Source: an uncultured Acidobacteriota bacterium (lineage in GTDB: Bacteria; Acidobacteriota; Thermoanaerobaculia; Multivoradales; SZUA-115). From it: a stretch of DNA of 64,000 bases. The stretch spans positions 256,001 through 320,000 of the forward strand of contig CAWDVR010000001.1 of NCBI GenBank assembly GCA_963805975.1, written 5' to 3'. Numbering within the stretch: position 1 is the first letter of the stretch; each line of letters opens with the position of its first letter. Under the pieces are notes generated by a model. The model was not told the origin of the DNA and did not search any database. It saw only the letters and a list, made by a program, of their open reading frames with translations. Below are positions 36,515 through 47,300 of the stretch, piece by piece. Both the position numbers and the translations under genes were made by a program.

Positions 36515-37447
36515 CTACCGCCGCGTCAGAAGTGCCGCCAGCTCGGCGGCGCGGCGGTTGATCGAGGAGAGGAGCACCCCGCAGGTGAAGACCACGGCAG
36601 CGAGGACGAAGAGGCCCGCGGCCAGGATCGCTTTCGGGATCTGCAGCACCTGTCCGCTGCGCAGGTACTCGGCCACCACCACGCCGCCGGTGGCGAGCGA
36701 GAGCAGGAGCAGGAAGAGCGCGATGAGCCCGAAGAAGGTGAGCGGCCGGTAGTCGCGGAAGAAGGCGAGGATGGCGGCCAGGATGCGAGCGCCGTCACGA
36801 AAGCTCCGCAGCTTGCTGGTTCCGGCCGCGGGCCGGGCGCGGTAGGCGACCGGCACTTCGGCGACGAGAAAGCCCTGGGCGAGCGCCTGCATAGAGAGCT
36901 CGGCCTCCACCTCGAAGCCCCGCGCCAGGAGCGGCGAGGTGGAGAGGAAGCGGCGGCTGAGGAGGCGATAGCCTGAGAAGAGGTCCAGCGTGCGCACTCC
37001 CAGGAGCAGCCGCACCAGCAGGATGAACAGGTGGTTGCCGACGCCGTGGCCGGTGGGGAAGGCGCCGTGCTCGGTGGTGGCGAGGCGCGTGCCAACCACC
37101 ATGTCCGCACCGCCCGCCGCCGCGGCGAGCAGCTCCCGGGACGCCTCCGCGGGGTAGGTGTCGTCGCCGTCCACCATCAGGCAGTAGTCCACGTCCCCGG
37201 CGGCGCGGAAGCCGGTGAGGAGCGCGAAACCCTTGCCCCGGCGCGTTTCCGTGAGCACCTGGGCGCCCGCCTCGGCGGCCAGGCGCGCGGTGTCGTCGGC
37301 CGAGGCGTTGTCCACCACCAGGATGTGCGCCTCCGGCAGGGCGGCGCGGAAGTCGCGCACCACCTTGGCGACAGTGCCCGCCTCGTCCCGGCAGGGAATC
37401 ACCACCGCCACCCGCAGCGCGGCGTGCTCTCGGCTCTCCTCGTTCAT
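36515..37447 (-). CDS. GT2 glycosyltransferase (polyprenol-phosphate sugar synthase-like) with C-terminal TMs
   Basis: VVIPCRDEA, VVDNASADDT, GKG, MVDGDDTYP, DLFSGYR, GFEVEAE, SKLRSFRDG. Confidence 0.9.
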   Translation of the reverse strand: MNEESREHAALRVAVVIPCRDEAGTVAKVVRDFRAALPEAHILVVDNASADDTARLAAEAGAQVLTETRRGKGFALLTGFRAAGDVDYCLMVDGDDTYPAEASRELLAAAAGGADMVVGTRLATTEHGAFPTGHGVGNHLFILLVRLLLGVRTLDLFSGYRLLSRRFLSTSPLLARGFEVEAELSMQALAQGFLVAEVPVAYRARPAAGTSKLRSFRDGARILAAILAFFRDYRPLTFFGLIALFLLLLSLATGGVVVAEYLRSGQVLQIPKAILAAGLFVLAAVVFTCGVLLSSINRRAAELAALLTRR

Positions 37448-38583
37448 CGCTGCTTCTCTTCCAGCAAGGCGGCGAAGATCTCCTCGTAGCCCGCAGCCGT
37501 GGCCTCCCAGGACCAGCGGCTCTCGGCCCATTGGCGGGCCCGCGCCCCCAGCTCGGCGCGCGCACCGGCGTCGGCGACCAGGGTCTGTAGCGTTGCGTCC
37601 AGCTCCGGCAGCGTATCGCAGGCCGCCGGCACCCGGCGGTCGAGCCAGCGCTGGTAGCCGGGGTCCCAGAGCAGCGCCACCGGCAGGCCGCAGGCCATGG
37701 CTTCCTGGAGGGCCAGCGGGAACCCCTCGCCGGCCGAGGGGTTGATCATCAGGTCCATGGCGCCGTAGACCTCGGCCATGCGCTCGTGGGGCACGAGGCC
37801 GAGGTCGAGCACGTCCTCCGGCACCCTGCGCCGGGCACCGCCCGCGCGCGTCCCGCGCCGCGCACCGCAGATGACCAGACGAATTCCTTTGCGCCGCGCC
37901 GCGAGGGCGAAATCCAGGTTCTTCTTGGCGCTCTCGCGGCCGACGAAGAGCACCAGGGTCTCGTCCGCCGGCAGCCCGAGCGCCCGGCGGGCCTCGAGGC
38001 GCTCGGCCGCCGCCAGCGGCCGGAAGCGGAGGGTGTCGACACCGTTGCCCACGAACTGTACGCGGCGGCCCGGGTAGCGCTCCTCGAGCCAGCCCAGCAC
38101 CCGTTCGTTGTAGGTGGTGATCGCACCGGCGGCGGCCACCACGGCGTTGCCCACCGTGGCCCAGGCGGCCCGCTCGACGGCGTTGACGAGCGCGCTCCGG
38201 TAGCGCACGAAGCCCACGTGCTCGGTGAGCACCAGGGGCCGGCCGGACCGGCGGCTGGCGGCGCGAGCGAGCAGGCTGGTGGCGTAGAGAGCGCCGTGGG
38301 CGTGGACCAGCTCCACTGGAGCGAGGGCGCGCCACGCGGCGCCGAGCCCACCCCCGAGTGGCAGCGGCCAGGGAACTCCCCGAGGCTCGCTCGCGTGGAG
38401 CGCCGGCAGGCGGAAGATCTCCAAACCGTCCTCCAGGGCGCGGCCGCGGGCCCTACCCCAGGCCGTGGTGACCAAAGTCACCCGGTGGCCGCGGCGCGCG
38501 AGCTGGGTGGCCACGTTGCGCACCATCACTTCGAGCCCGCCGGGATGCGGCGGGTAGTTGTGGCACAGGATTCCGAGGTGCAT
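37444..38583 (-). CDS. GT4 glycosyltransferase
   Basis: NYPPHPGGLE, VHAHG, NGVDTLRF, LFVGR...KN, EGFPLALQEAMACGLPV. Confidence 0.9.
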   Translation of the reverse strand: MHLGILCHNYPPHPGGLEVMVRNVATQLARRGHRVTLVTTAWGRARGRALEDGLEIFRLPALHASEPRGVPWPLPLGGGLGAAWRALAPVELVHAHGALYATSLLARAASRRSGRPLVLTEHVGFVRYRSALVNAVERAAWATVGNAVVAAAGAITTYNERVLGWLEERYPGRRVQFVGNGVDTLRFRPLAAAERLEARRALGLPADETLVLFVGRESAKKNLDFALAARRKGIRLVICGARRGTRAGGARRRVPEDVLDLGLVPHERMAEVYGAMDLMINPSAGEGFPLALQEAMACGLPVALLWDPGYQRWLDRRVPAACDTLPELDATLQTLVADAGARAELGARARQWAESRWSWEATAAGYEEIFAALLEEKQR

Positions 38584-38646
38584 GCGACCGGGGAGAAGGA
38601 AGGCCGGCGAGGCTACCACGGCGGGCATAGTAGATTCCCCCGCGCC

Positions 38647-41442
38647 ATGCCCTCGCCCCTCGCCTGCACCGTCGTCGCCAACAACTACCTCGCCTATGCC
38701 CGCGCTTTCACCCGCTCCTTCCTGGCCCGGCACCCGGACGGCCAGGTCGCGGTGCTGATCGCGGACCGCCCGCAGCCGGGGCACGACTACGGCGCCGAGC
38801 CTTTCGCAGTGACCTTCGTCGAGGACCTCGGCATCCCGGGGTTCGCCCATTTCGCGTTCCGCTACTCGCTCCTCGAGCTGGCGACGGCGGTCAAGCCGCT
38901 CTTTCTCCTGCACCTCCACCGCACCCTGGGAGCCGACCGCCTCTGCTACTTCGACCCCGACATCCTGGTGCTCGGCGACCTGTCGCCGCTCTACGACCGT
39001 CTGGGCGAGGCCGACGCGCTCGTCACCCCGCACCTGACGGCGCCGCTCGAGGACGCGGCCGTGCCGGGGGAGCGCGACATCCTGGTCTCCGGGACCTACA
39101 ACCTCGGTTTTCTGGGGATGGCCTTCAACGGGCGGACCCTCGCCTTCCTCGACTGGTGGTGGCGGCGGCTCTACCGCGAGTGCCTGCACGACGTGGAGCG
39201 CGGCCTGTTCGTCGACCAGCGCTGGATGGACCTCGCCCCGGCGTTCCTGCCGCGGCTCGAGATCCTCCAAGACCCCGGCTGCAACGTGGCCTACTGGAAC
39301 CTCGCGCACCGCGAGATCGGCCAAGCGGAAGGAAGATGGACGGTCAACAGTGTGCCGCTGCGCTTCTTCCACTTCAGCGGCTACGACCCGGCACGGCCCG
39401 AGCTGGTCTCGAAGTTCCAGGACCGCTTCACGTTCGCCGAGCGGCAGGACGTCGTTCCGCTCTTCCGGCTCTACGCCGAGAGCGTGGAGCGCGAAGGCCA
39501 GAAGGAGGTGCAGGGCTACCCCTACCAGTACGGGAGGTTCGACAACGGCCTCGCGGTGCCCGAGGTGGCGCGACGGGTCCTGCGCGACACGGACCCGGAG
39601 GGGCACCGATGGCCGGACCCCTTCGCCACCGGGCCGGGCTCGTTCCTCGCCTGGCTGCGGCAGCCGGTGGCGGGAGGGGCCGATCTCGCCCTGCCCCGGA
39701 TCGCCTGGCACCTCTGGGACCAGCGGCCCGATCTCCAGGCTGCTTTCCCGCGTCCCTGGGGTGCGGACGGCCTGCGCTTCGGGCGCTGGCTGGCGGGGAG
39801 CGCCGAGATGGCCTCCTGGCGCGATCCGGTGCTCGCGACGGCGCTGGCCGAGGCCGAGGCGAGGTCGGCGCGCGGCGCGCACTATGAAGCGACGATGGCG
39901 GCCGTGCTGCGCAGGCGCTCCCGGCAGGGCCCCGAGGACGCGGGCAGCCGCCTCTCCGGCGAGGAGCTCGCCTGGCTGACGGCCGACGCGGGGCACGAGC
40001 CGGGGCGCCGGCCTCTGGTGCCGCGGCTGGCGCTCGAGCTCCACCGCCGCCGGAGCGACGTGCGGCGGGCCTTCCCCGACCCGCTGGGCGCGAACCGGCT
40101 GGACTTCGCACTCTGGTTCGCCACCTCCGCCCGGCGCGAGTACCGGCTGGCGGGGGCGTTGGTGCGGCCCGTGCTCGCGACTTTGCCGCTGCGCCGCAGG
40201 CTCTGGGCCCGGGCCTGGTGGCAGCGGCAGCTCTGGCGTGGCGGGCCGGCACACACCTCGGAAAGCGCACCGGCCGATCGCTCGCCCGGCTCCGGGGAGG
40301 AGCCGCGGCCGATCCCATCGGGTGCCACCGATCCCGATGCATGGGGTCCCGAGGGCGTCAACGTGATCGGCTGGCCGGCGGCACCGACCGGCGTGGGCGA
40401 GGCCTGCCGCGGAACGCTGGCCGCGCTCCGCGAGGCGGGCGTCGCGAGCGCCGTGTGGTCGCTCGACGGGCCGCCGGGCGACAGGCTTTCGAAGGTCCCG
40501 GCAGGGGCCGAGGCCCTGCCCTACGGCATCAGCCTCTTTCACGCCAACGCGGACGTGATGGAGGCGATCCAGGCGCAGATGCCGAGCGGCAGCCGGGCCG
40601 GCCGCTACCGGATCGGCTACTGGTTCTGGGAGCTGGCGCACTTCCCGCTGGTCTTCGCGGACGCCTTCCGCCTGGTGGACGAGGTCTGGGCACCCAGCCG
40701 CTTCTGCCTCGAGACCTACCGCTCGATCTCGCCGGTGCCCGTGCGCTGGGTGCCACCCTGTGTCGCGGCGCTGAGCGCCGCGCCGGCGGACCGGGCGGCG
40801 CTCGGGATCGATCCCGGGGCCTTTCTCTTCTTCTTCGCCTTCGACGCGCTGAGCGTGCCGGAGCGCAAGAACCCAGCCGGCCTGCTCGAGGCCTTCGCCC
40901 GTGTGGCCGCGCAGAGCCCGCGGCCCGTCCACCTGCTGCTCAAGGTCCATCACGGCGAGATGGAACCGGCGCACCTGGCCGGCCTCGCGTCGAGGGCGGG
41001 GAGCCTGCCCGTGACGCTCCTCACCCGCACCCTGAGCCGGCCCGAGCTCGACGCCCTGACCGCCGCCTGCGACGCCTACGTGAGCCTGCATCGCTCGGAG
41101 GGGCTGGGCCTGCCGCTGATCGAGGCCATGTACCTGGGCAAGCCGGTCATCGCCTGCGGCTACGGCGGCGTGGGCGACTTCCTCGACGAGACCACCGGCT
41201 TCGTGGTGCGGCACCGCCTCGTGCCGCTCGCCTTGCCCGAGGGTCCTTATCCCGCCGGCGCAGTCTGGGCGGAACCGGATGTGGAGCACGCGGCCGAGCT
41301 GATGACTCTTCTGGCGAACGACCCCTCCGCGGCAGCGGGCAGGGTCGCCGCCGCTCGGGAGCGGGTGCAGGGCCTCTACTCTCCCGCGGCCGCCGGCCGA
41401 CGCTTGCGGGCCGAGCTGGAGCGGGTTCGCGCGCGCGGCTAG
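38647..41442 (+). CDS. Bifunctional glycosyltransferase (GT-A-like N-terminus + GT4 C-terminus)
   Basis: CTVVANNYLAYAR, ELATAVKP, YFDPDI, GTYNLGF, FVDQRWMDL, NVAYWNL, FFHFSG; C-terminal IGYWFWEL, ERKNP, SLHRSEGLGLPLIEAM. Confidence 0.85.
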   Translation: MPSPLACTVVANNYLAYARAFTRSFLARHPDGQVAVLIADRPQPGHDYGAEPFAVTFVEDLGIPGFAHFAFRYSLLELATAVKPLFLLHLHRTLGADRLCYFDPDILVLGDLSPLYDRLGEADALVTPHLTAPLEDAAVPGERDILVSGTYNLGFLGMAFNGRTLAFLDWWWRRLYRECLHDVERGLFVDQRWMDLAPAFLPRLEILQDPGCNVAYWNLAHREIGQAEGRWTVNSVPLRFFHFSGYDPARPELVSKFQDRFTFAERQDVVPLFRLYAESVEREGQKEVQGYPYQYGRFDNGLAVPEVARRVLRDTDPEGHRWPDPFATGPGSFLAWLRQPVAGGADLALPRIAWHLWDQRPDLQAAFPRPWGADGLRFGRWLAGSAEMASWRDPVLATALAEAEARSARGAHYEATMAAVLRRRSRQGPEDAGSRLSGEELAWLTADAGHEPGRRPLVPRLALELHRRRSDVRRAFPDPLGANRLDFALWFATSARREYRLAGALVRPVLATLPLRRRLWARAWWQRQLWRGGPAHTSESAPADRSPGSGEEPRPIPSGATDPDAWGPEGVNVIGWPAAPTGVGEACRGTLAALREAGVASAVWSLDGPPGDRLSKVPAGAEALPYGISLFHANADVMEAIQAQMPSGSRAGRYRIGYWFWELAHFPLVFADAFRLVDEVWAPSRFCLETYRSISPVPVRWVPPCVAALSAAPADRAALGIDPGAFLFFFAFDALSVPERKNPAGLLEAFARVAAQSPRPVHLLLKVHHGEMEPAHLAGLASRAGSLPVTLLTRTLSRPELDALTAACDAYVSLHRSEGLGLPLIEAMYLGKPVIACGYGGVGDFLDETTGFVVRHRLVPLALPEGPYPAGAVWAEPDVEHAAELMTLLANDPSAAAGRVAAARERVQGLYSPAAAGRRLRAELERVRARG

Positions 41443-41599
41443 CCGTGGGCGGCCTGGCCGTCGAGGCGCTACGCCTCGAGCGCCGCCCGTGTACCTGGCG
41501 GCCAGGCCTGGGGGTGAGGCGAGCTCGGAGCCTTTGGAGTTTTTCGGCGACCCGCTGCCCCGCGCCCTTTCCCGGGGCCATTTCGTAACCTACCCCCGC

Positions 41600-41626
41600 T
41601 GTCATCCTGAGCGAAGCGAAGGATCT
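41600..41626. repeat. REP-like extragenic element between convergent genes
   Basis: TGTCATCCTGAGCGAAGCGAAGGATCT, a GTCAT-headed short palindromic repeat type. Confidence 0.6.
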
Positions 41627-41654
41627 GGTGGGGGGAGGCGCGAAGCGGAGGGCG

Positions 41655-44224
41655 TTACGGCGTGTAGGTGACGACCAGCACCGGGCGGTTCCCGGCGGTG
41701 GTGGCCTCGCCGCCGTAGTAGCCGATGTAGTCGTTGCCGTTGTCGTTGTTGTCGTCGAGCGTGAAGAAGGCGCGGAACTGCGTGCGCCCGGTCTTGTTGA
41801 TCGCGGCGCGGCCGGCGGCGTTGAGCGTCGCCGAGGAGAGCGCGCCGTTCGAGGCCGCGTTCGACAGGCTGCCGACGTTGGTGGAGGTGGCCGCGGCCTG
41901 GAAGTCGGCGGCGGCGAGCGCGTTGGCGCCGCCGAAGGCGCCGGTCACCACGTCCACCTGGCAGGTGCCGTGGGTGCCGAACGGGTTGGTGCCGGAGGAA
42001 GTGCCACGGCGGATTTGCAGGGTGGCCGCAGTCACGGTGGCGCCGTCCGGGATCGACGACGTGTCGAACGACAGGAAGCTCCTGAACTGGCGGTCCTGGT
42101 TGTTGTCGCCGACGCGGAGCGCGCTGGTGGCGGTGGAGCTGGCCGTGGCCGTGCCGCCGACGCTGGTGTTCTCGCCCGACTCGACCACCCGGCCGTCCTC
42201 GGCGCCGAGCGAGGTGAAGGTGACGGTGACGCTGCCCGAGGTCACGATCACGGTGATCGAGTCGGAGCCGGGCAGGCTGCCGCTGTCGGTCACCGAGGCG
42301 GTGATGGTGTGGGTGCCCACCGAGAGCGCGGAGGTCGAGAACGAGCCGCCGCTGCCGATCGGGCCGTTGATCGACGAGGTCCAGGCGAGACCGGCGGTCA
42401 GGCTGCCGTCCTGGGCGTCGGTGGCGGTGCCGGTGAAGTTGATCGAGGTGCCGACCGTGAACGACGAGCCGGAGGCCGGCGCCGTGATGTCGACCACCGG
42501 GGGAGTGTTGCCGCCGCCCCCCGTGGTGCAGGTGGTCACCGCCACGTCGTCGACGTAGAACGAGGTCGGGAGCGACGAGTCGTTGGTGGCCCGGAAGGCG
42601 ACGCGGATCGTCTGCCCGATCCACGGGCTCAGGTCCATGTTCTGCATGTCCATCCAGGCGCCTTCGCGCCAGGCGTCGTTCATCAGGCCGAGGACCGAGA
42701 GCACCGTGCCGGAGGTGTTGCGCACCTCGACGAAGAGGTCGTCGAACCCGAAGCCGGTGGCCGCCACCTCGTCCGTCAACTGGTGGAAGAAGAGCGTCAG
42801 CTCGGCCTTGCCCACGCCGGCCGGGATGGCGAAGTCGCGCGTCGCCTCGTGCGTGGTCGAGGCGGCGCCGCCCAGCCGCAGCGAGAAGCTGCCGTGACCG
42901 GCCGCCGGCGCGGCGAGCCGCGCCGCACCGGTGACTGCCCAACTGTCCAGGCCGGCCTCGAAGGTGGAGCTCGTCGCCGTGCAGCCGGCGGGGTTGAACG
43001 TGGCCGGAGCTGCGCTGTAGGCCAGGGCGTAGGTCTGCGGGCCGGTGGGCACCGCGGTGCCGGTGACGCGCACCGTCCAGGTGCCGGCCGCCGGGTTGAC
43101 CACCAGCACCTGCTCCTGGTTGTCGCGGGCGTTGGCGCCGGTGGTCGCCGGCAGGTGCGGGTTGGCCGGATCGAGCACGAAGGCCTGCCGCACCGAGGAA
43201 TCCGGCGCGATCAACTGCAGGGTGAGGTTGTTGACCGGTGCCGAGGCGGCGAAGGCCGCGGCCGCCGCGTCGTCCCAGGCGAGGGTCGCCTTGAGCACGC
43301 CGGTGCCGGCCGGCACGGTGATGGTGAAGTTGTCGACGCTGGCGTTGGTGGCCGAGTCCGAGCCCCAGGCGGTGGTGCCGCCGTCACCCAGCACACCGTT
43401 GTCGGCGCGCAGCAGGTCGATCAGGCCCTTGGCGTCCACGGCGCCGTAGCCGAAGATGTAGTCGGGACCGTCCTGGCCGAGGTCACGGGCGCTGTGCACG
43501 AGCATGGTCTTGACCAGCGCCGGCAGAGGCCGGGCGGTGGCGCCGCCGTGGCCCTGGGCCCGCCAGTCCTGGATGAAGAGGCCGATGGTGCCGGCGACGG
43601 CCGGGGTCGCCATCGAGGTGCCGCAGAAGCCGCCGTAGGTGTTGTCGTTGGTGTTGAGCGAGGAGAAGACGCTGGTCTCGCCCGTCACCCGGCCGCTCTC
43701 ACAGCCGGGAGCGGAGATCACCGGCTTCAGGCGCCCGTCGTCGCAAGGGCCCCAGGAAGAGAAGCGGGCCATCGAGCCGCCGTCCGAGTTGAGCGCGCCG
43801 ACGTGGATCGGGTTCTTGGCGCACGAAGGCTCGGCGGTGCTCAGGTAGGCGGCACCGCAACGTCCGCGCGGGCTGCCGCCGGAGCGCTCGTTGCCGTTCG
43901 CCCAGGAGAAGATCACCGGGCTGCCCACGGTGGCGTTGTCGCCGCGGGCGCGGTTGGCGGTCGAGCCGCTGCCGTCGCCACCCACGGTGCCGGCCACGTG
44001 CGTCGGGTGGTCGGAGGAGGCCGAACCGTCGGTCACCGTCACCCGCGTGCCGGTCCCGGGATTGCCAGGCCCTGGCGCTCGGCGGCGGTGCCGCCTGCGG
44101 CCGGGGTCCAGCTCTTCTCGAGGAGCTGGATGCGGTACGGCAAGTCGGCGGCGGCAGCCGAAGCCGCGAGAGTGGCGAGCGAGAGCAGGAGCAGGGCCAT
44201 GACGGCCAGAGGCTTCCTCGTCAT
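41655..44224 (-). pseudogene. S8 subtilase (PPC, beta-sandwich, Ig-like and DNRLRE/CBM96-like modules) broken by two internal deletions
   Basis: The signal-peptide ORF 44224-44039 is out of frame with the body 44042-41655. His (DHPTHVAGT), oxyanion Asn (WANGNER) and Ser (GTSMATP) are present; the propeptide and catalytic Asp region are missing relative to the paralog at 55306-58896. Confidence 0.78.
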
Positions 44225-44317
44225 GCGAACTTCCTCCTTTTGTGGATGAGAAGCGGTCTCAGTGCAAAAGGAGGAGTGTAGCGATCTCCTACGACGGGGA
44301 CAGGGCGTGCTGACCGG

Positions 44318-47300
44318 TCAACAGATCCTCAGCACGCGAAGGACCACAAAGTCCGAGCCCGTGGTCCCGCCGGGGTCAGATACTTCTAGGCGGAGGCGGA
44401 TGAGAAGGTCGACCTCACAACGCTCAAAAGTGATGGTGTCGGAAGGTTTCCAGTCGATTTCCAGAGCGCTGCCGATCGTGGCCGTGGTGGGCCCACTGCC
44501 CGAGCCCGGGTCGAAGGGATAAGTCACGGTCCAACGGTAGGTGAGAGGGGTGGCGCCCTCGGGATCGACCGCGAGGCCGGCCACCGTAAACCTCTCGTCC
44601 GGGCCTGCAACGCTTCCTGGCTCCGGACTCCTGACCGCCACCGCGGGCGGCAGGTTCGCAGGCGGTGGGAGCACATTGACGAGCACGCTCGTCGAGCTCG
44701 TCTCACCTTGAGGGTCAGTGCCGTAGAGCGTGAGCGTCCGCGGACCGGTGGTGGTGAACGTCACCGGCACTTCGCAGCCGAAACCTGGCAGCGGATCGGC
44801 GACCAGCGAGCTCCGCCAGATCAAGCCGCCGCAGGCGAGAGTCTGCCCCGGCTCGTTGCGGTCACTGGCCGAGCCGCGCAGGCGGAAGGGCAAGCCCTGG
44901 TAGATGGTTTCACCCGGCAAGGGCCGCTCGATCACCGGGACGGGCGGGGAGTTGACGATCTCGATCAGGATCGAGTCGAACGAAATGGCTCCGCCGCTGT
45001 CGCGGGCGAAGGCCGTCAGCCGGTGCGTGCCCTCGGTGGCGAAGGCGTGCACGAGGGTGGCACCGGAACCGAGCAGACCGTCGAGGTCCGAGCTCCAGGA
45101 GAAGGTGCAACAACCGGCGCCGTCCTCGAAGTCTTCGGCCGAGGCGGCGAGGATCACGGGCCAGTTGAGGTCGCGACGGGAGTGGAAAGTCGGGGCGGTG
45201 ATGGCGGCTGCGGGAGGCACGTTGCCGACCGCCTTGTGCACCGCGGCCAGGGCGTCGACCCAGCGCCGGACCTTGCGGTCCGGGCTTCCGGTGTGGGCGG
45301 TATCAAGGAGGATGTCCTCCACCTGGCCGGCGGAGAGGTCCGGATTGGCGGCCCAGATCAGCGCCGCCACCCCCGCGGTGAAAGGTGAAGAGAAGCTAGT
45401 GCCGTTGATCTGCCGGGCGTGGTCGGCCGGCGCGCCCGGGTCGGGGCCGACCCACAGGGTGTAGGGCGCGAAGATGTCGACGGCCTCGCTACCGTAGTTA
45501 GAGTCGGACGCCCTTTCGTTCGAGTTCCAGGCGAGGCCGCCGACGCAGGTGACGCCGTCGTTCTCGCAGGGGGTGTACCAGGCTTTCTCGATGCAGCCGA
45601 TGAAGCGCACGCAGTAGCTGCTGTCGACGTTGTCGCCGTCATTGCCGGCAGAGGCGAAGAGCAGCATACCGGAGGCGCGGAAGGCGATCGTCGCCACCTC
45701 GAAGGGCAAGACGCTCCAGGCCAGCAGCAACGGCACCCGCGCTCCATAGCTCATGTTGGCGACCTTCGCACCCAGCGCCCGCGCCTCGCCCAGGGCAACG
45801 ATCGACGTGAAGAAATCGTAGGAGGTGAACACCAGGATCGGGTAGGCCACGGGCCCGGCCGGCCCGGCACCGCCGAAGCGATTGTCGGCGAGGCTCGCCC
45901 CGGCGCTCAGCACCGAAGTGCCATGCCATGGGCAGCTCCCGCCGCTACCGCACGAGAGCAGGTTTTCGCTGCCGATGGGCTCGACGAAGGGGACGTTGGA
46001 GATCGCGAACCAGTCGGGGAAGTCGTCGTTCGGCGCGAAGCCCATGTCGAGGATGGCTAGCTTCACTGTGTTGTCGAGCCCTCCCGCCAGATCGAGGAGA
46101 CGCCAAGCCTCGGCCACGCCGATGTCCTGGACCCCTCCCACCTGGTGAGTGGGCCAAGTGAAGGCGTTGCTCGAGTACGGGGTGCCGCCGATGCCGTCAC
46201 CGCTCGACGCCTCGGTCGAAGCCTTGTCGCGAAACTGGCTGCCGCGGCCCACCCAGTTGACGCCGACGGCGCGGCCGGCGAGGACCTCGTCGGCGCCGGT
46301 CGCCAGCAGCTTCAGGCCGTCCAGGCTCGATACCTCGTGCACCCCGCGGCCCGCGGGTTCGAGCGCCAGCAAGTCGGAAGCCAGGCCTGCCGCGTCAGTT
46401 GTCAGCCGGTGGACACGCACCAGGTACTGGCTGGCGATGCCTTCTAGTTGGTTGCGAGTGGGGTCGAAGGTCAGCACCACCTCACCCTGCCAGCGGTCGA
46501 GGAACGTGGCGAGCTCCGCAGGGTCGTCGGTCGACAACCAGAGCTCGTCGGCTACGAAGTCTGCCTGATTGCCGAACTCGTCCCGGACGCTCGCCAGAGG
46601 CCGTGGTGTCGCGCCGTCGAACCCGGGCAGCGTCGGCACCGACGGGGCCAGGGCGGGATTCACGCGGAAGCTCGGCGGTCCTAGCGGCGTCTCCCCCTCG
46701 CGGTCCTGGCTGAAGCGGCCGTTGTCGGCCCGCACGCCGAGCCACTGGCGGGTGCCGCGGAAGGTGCCGGCGAAGGTGACCGTGAAGTCCCGGCCCTGGC
46801 CGAGCACGGGGTCGCTGCCGCCGAACTTCGTGCTGGCGAGCCAGGTGACCTCCTCCTCGAAGCCCGGAGGTTGGGTCTCGGCGCGGAAGGTGGCGGGCAC
46901 GCCGTCCGCGACCTCGGCCGCGGGAAACGGGCCGATCACCTTCACGCTGTAGGTTTCGACGTGAAGGGTGCTGGCGCCCTCGGTGTACCCGGCGGTGATC
47001 TCGTGAGAACCCGGCTGGAGCAGGCGGAGGTCCACCTCGGCGCCGAGACGGTGCTGCGGCTCGCCGTTCACTCTCCACTCGACCAGGGGCGCGAAGGCGG
47101 CCGGCGTCACCGTGGCCGAGGCCCGCAGCCAGCGGTCGATCGAGGTGCGGTAGCTGTCGGGTCCGAGCTCGCGGAGCGCGGCGATCGACTCGTCGCGGAA
47201 GAAGTAGCCCGCCGTCGAGCGGTTGAGGTTGCCCTCGACGAGGATCACGGGCTCGACGGCGACGGCGCGGGCCGAGATCGTCATCGGTTGAGCAGTGGTG

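Noticed and set aside
37444-41289. Apparent 1281-aa and 1218-aa overlapping giant glycosyltransferases
   Set aside because: These are two divergent genes starting at 38583 (-) and 38647 (+); the extensions are antisense read-through.
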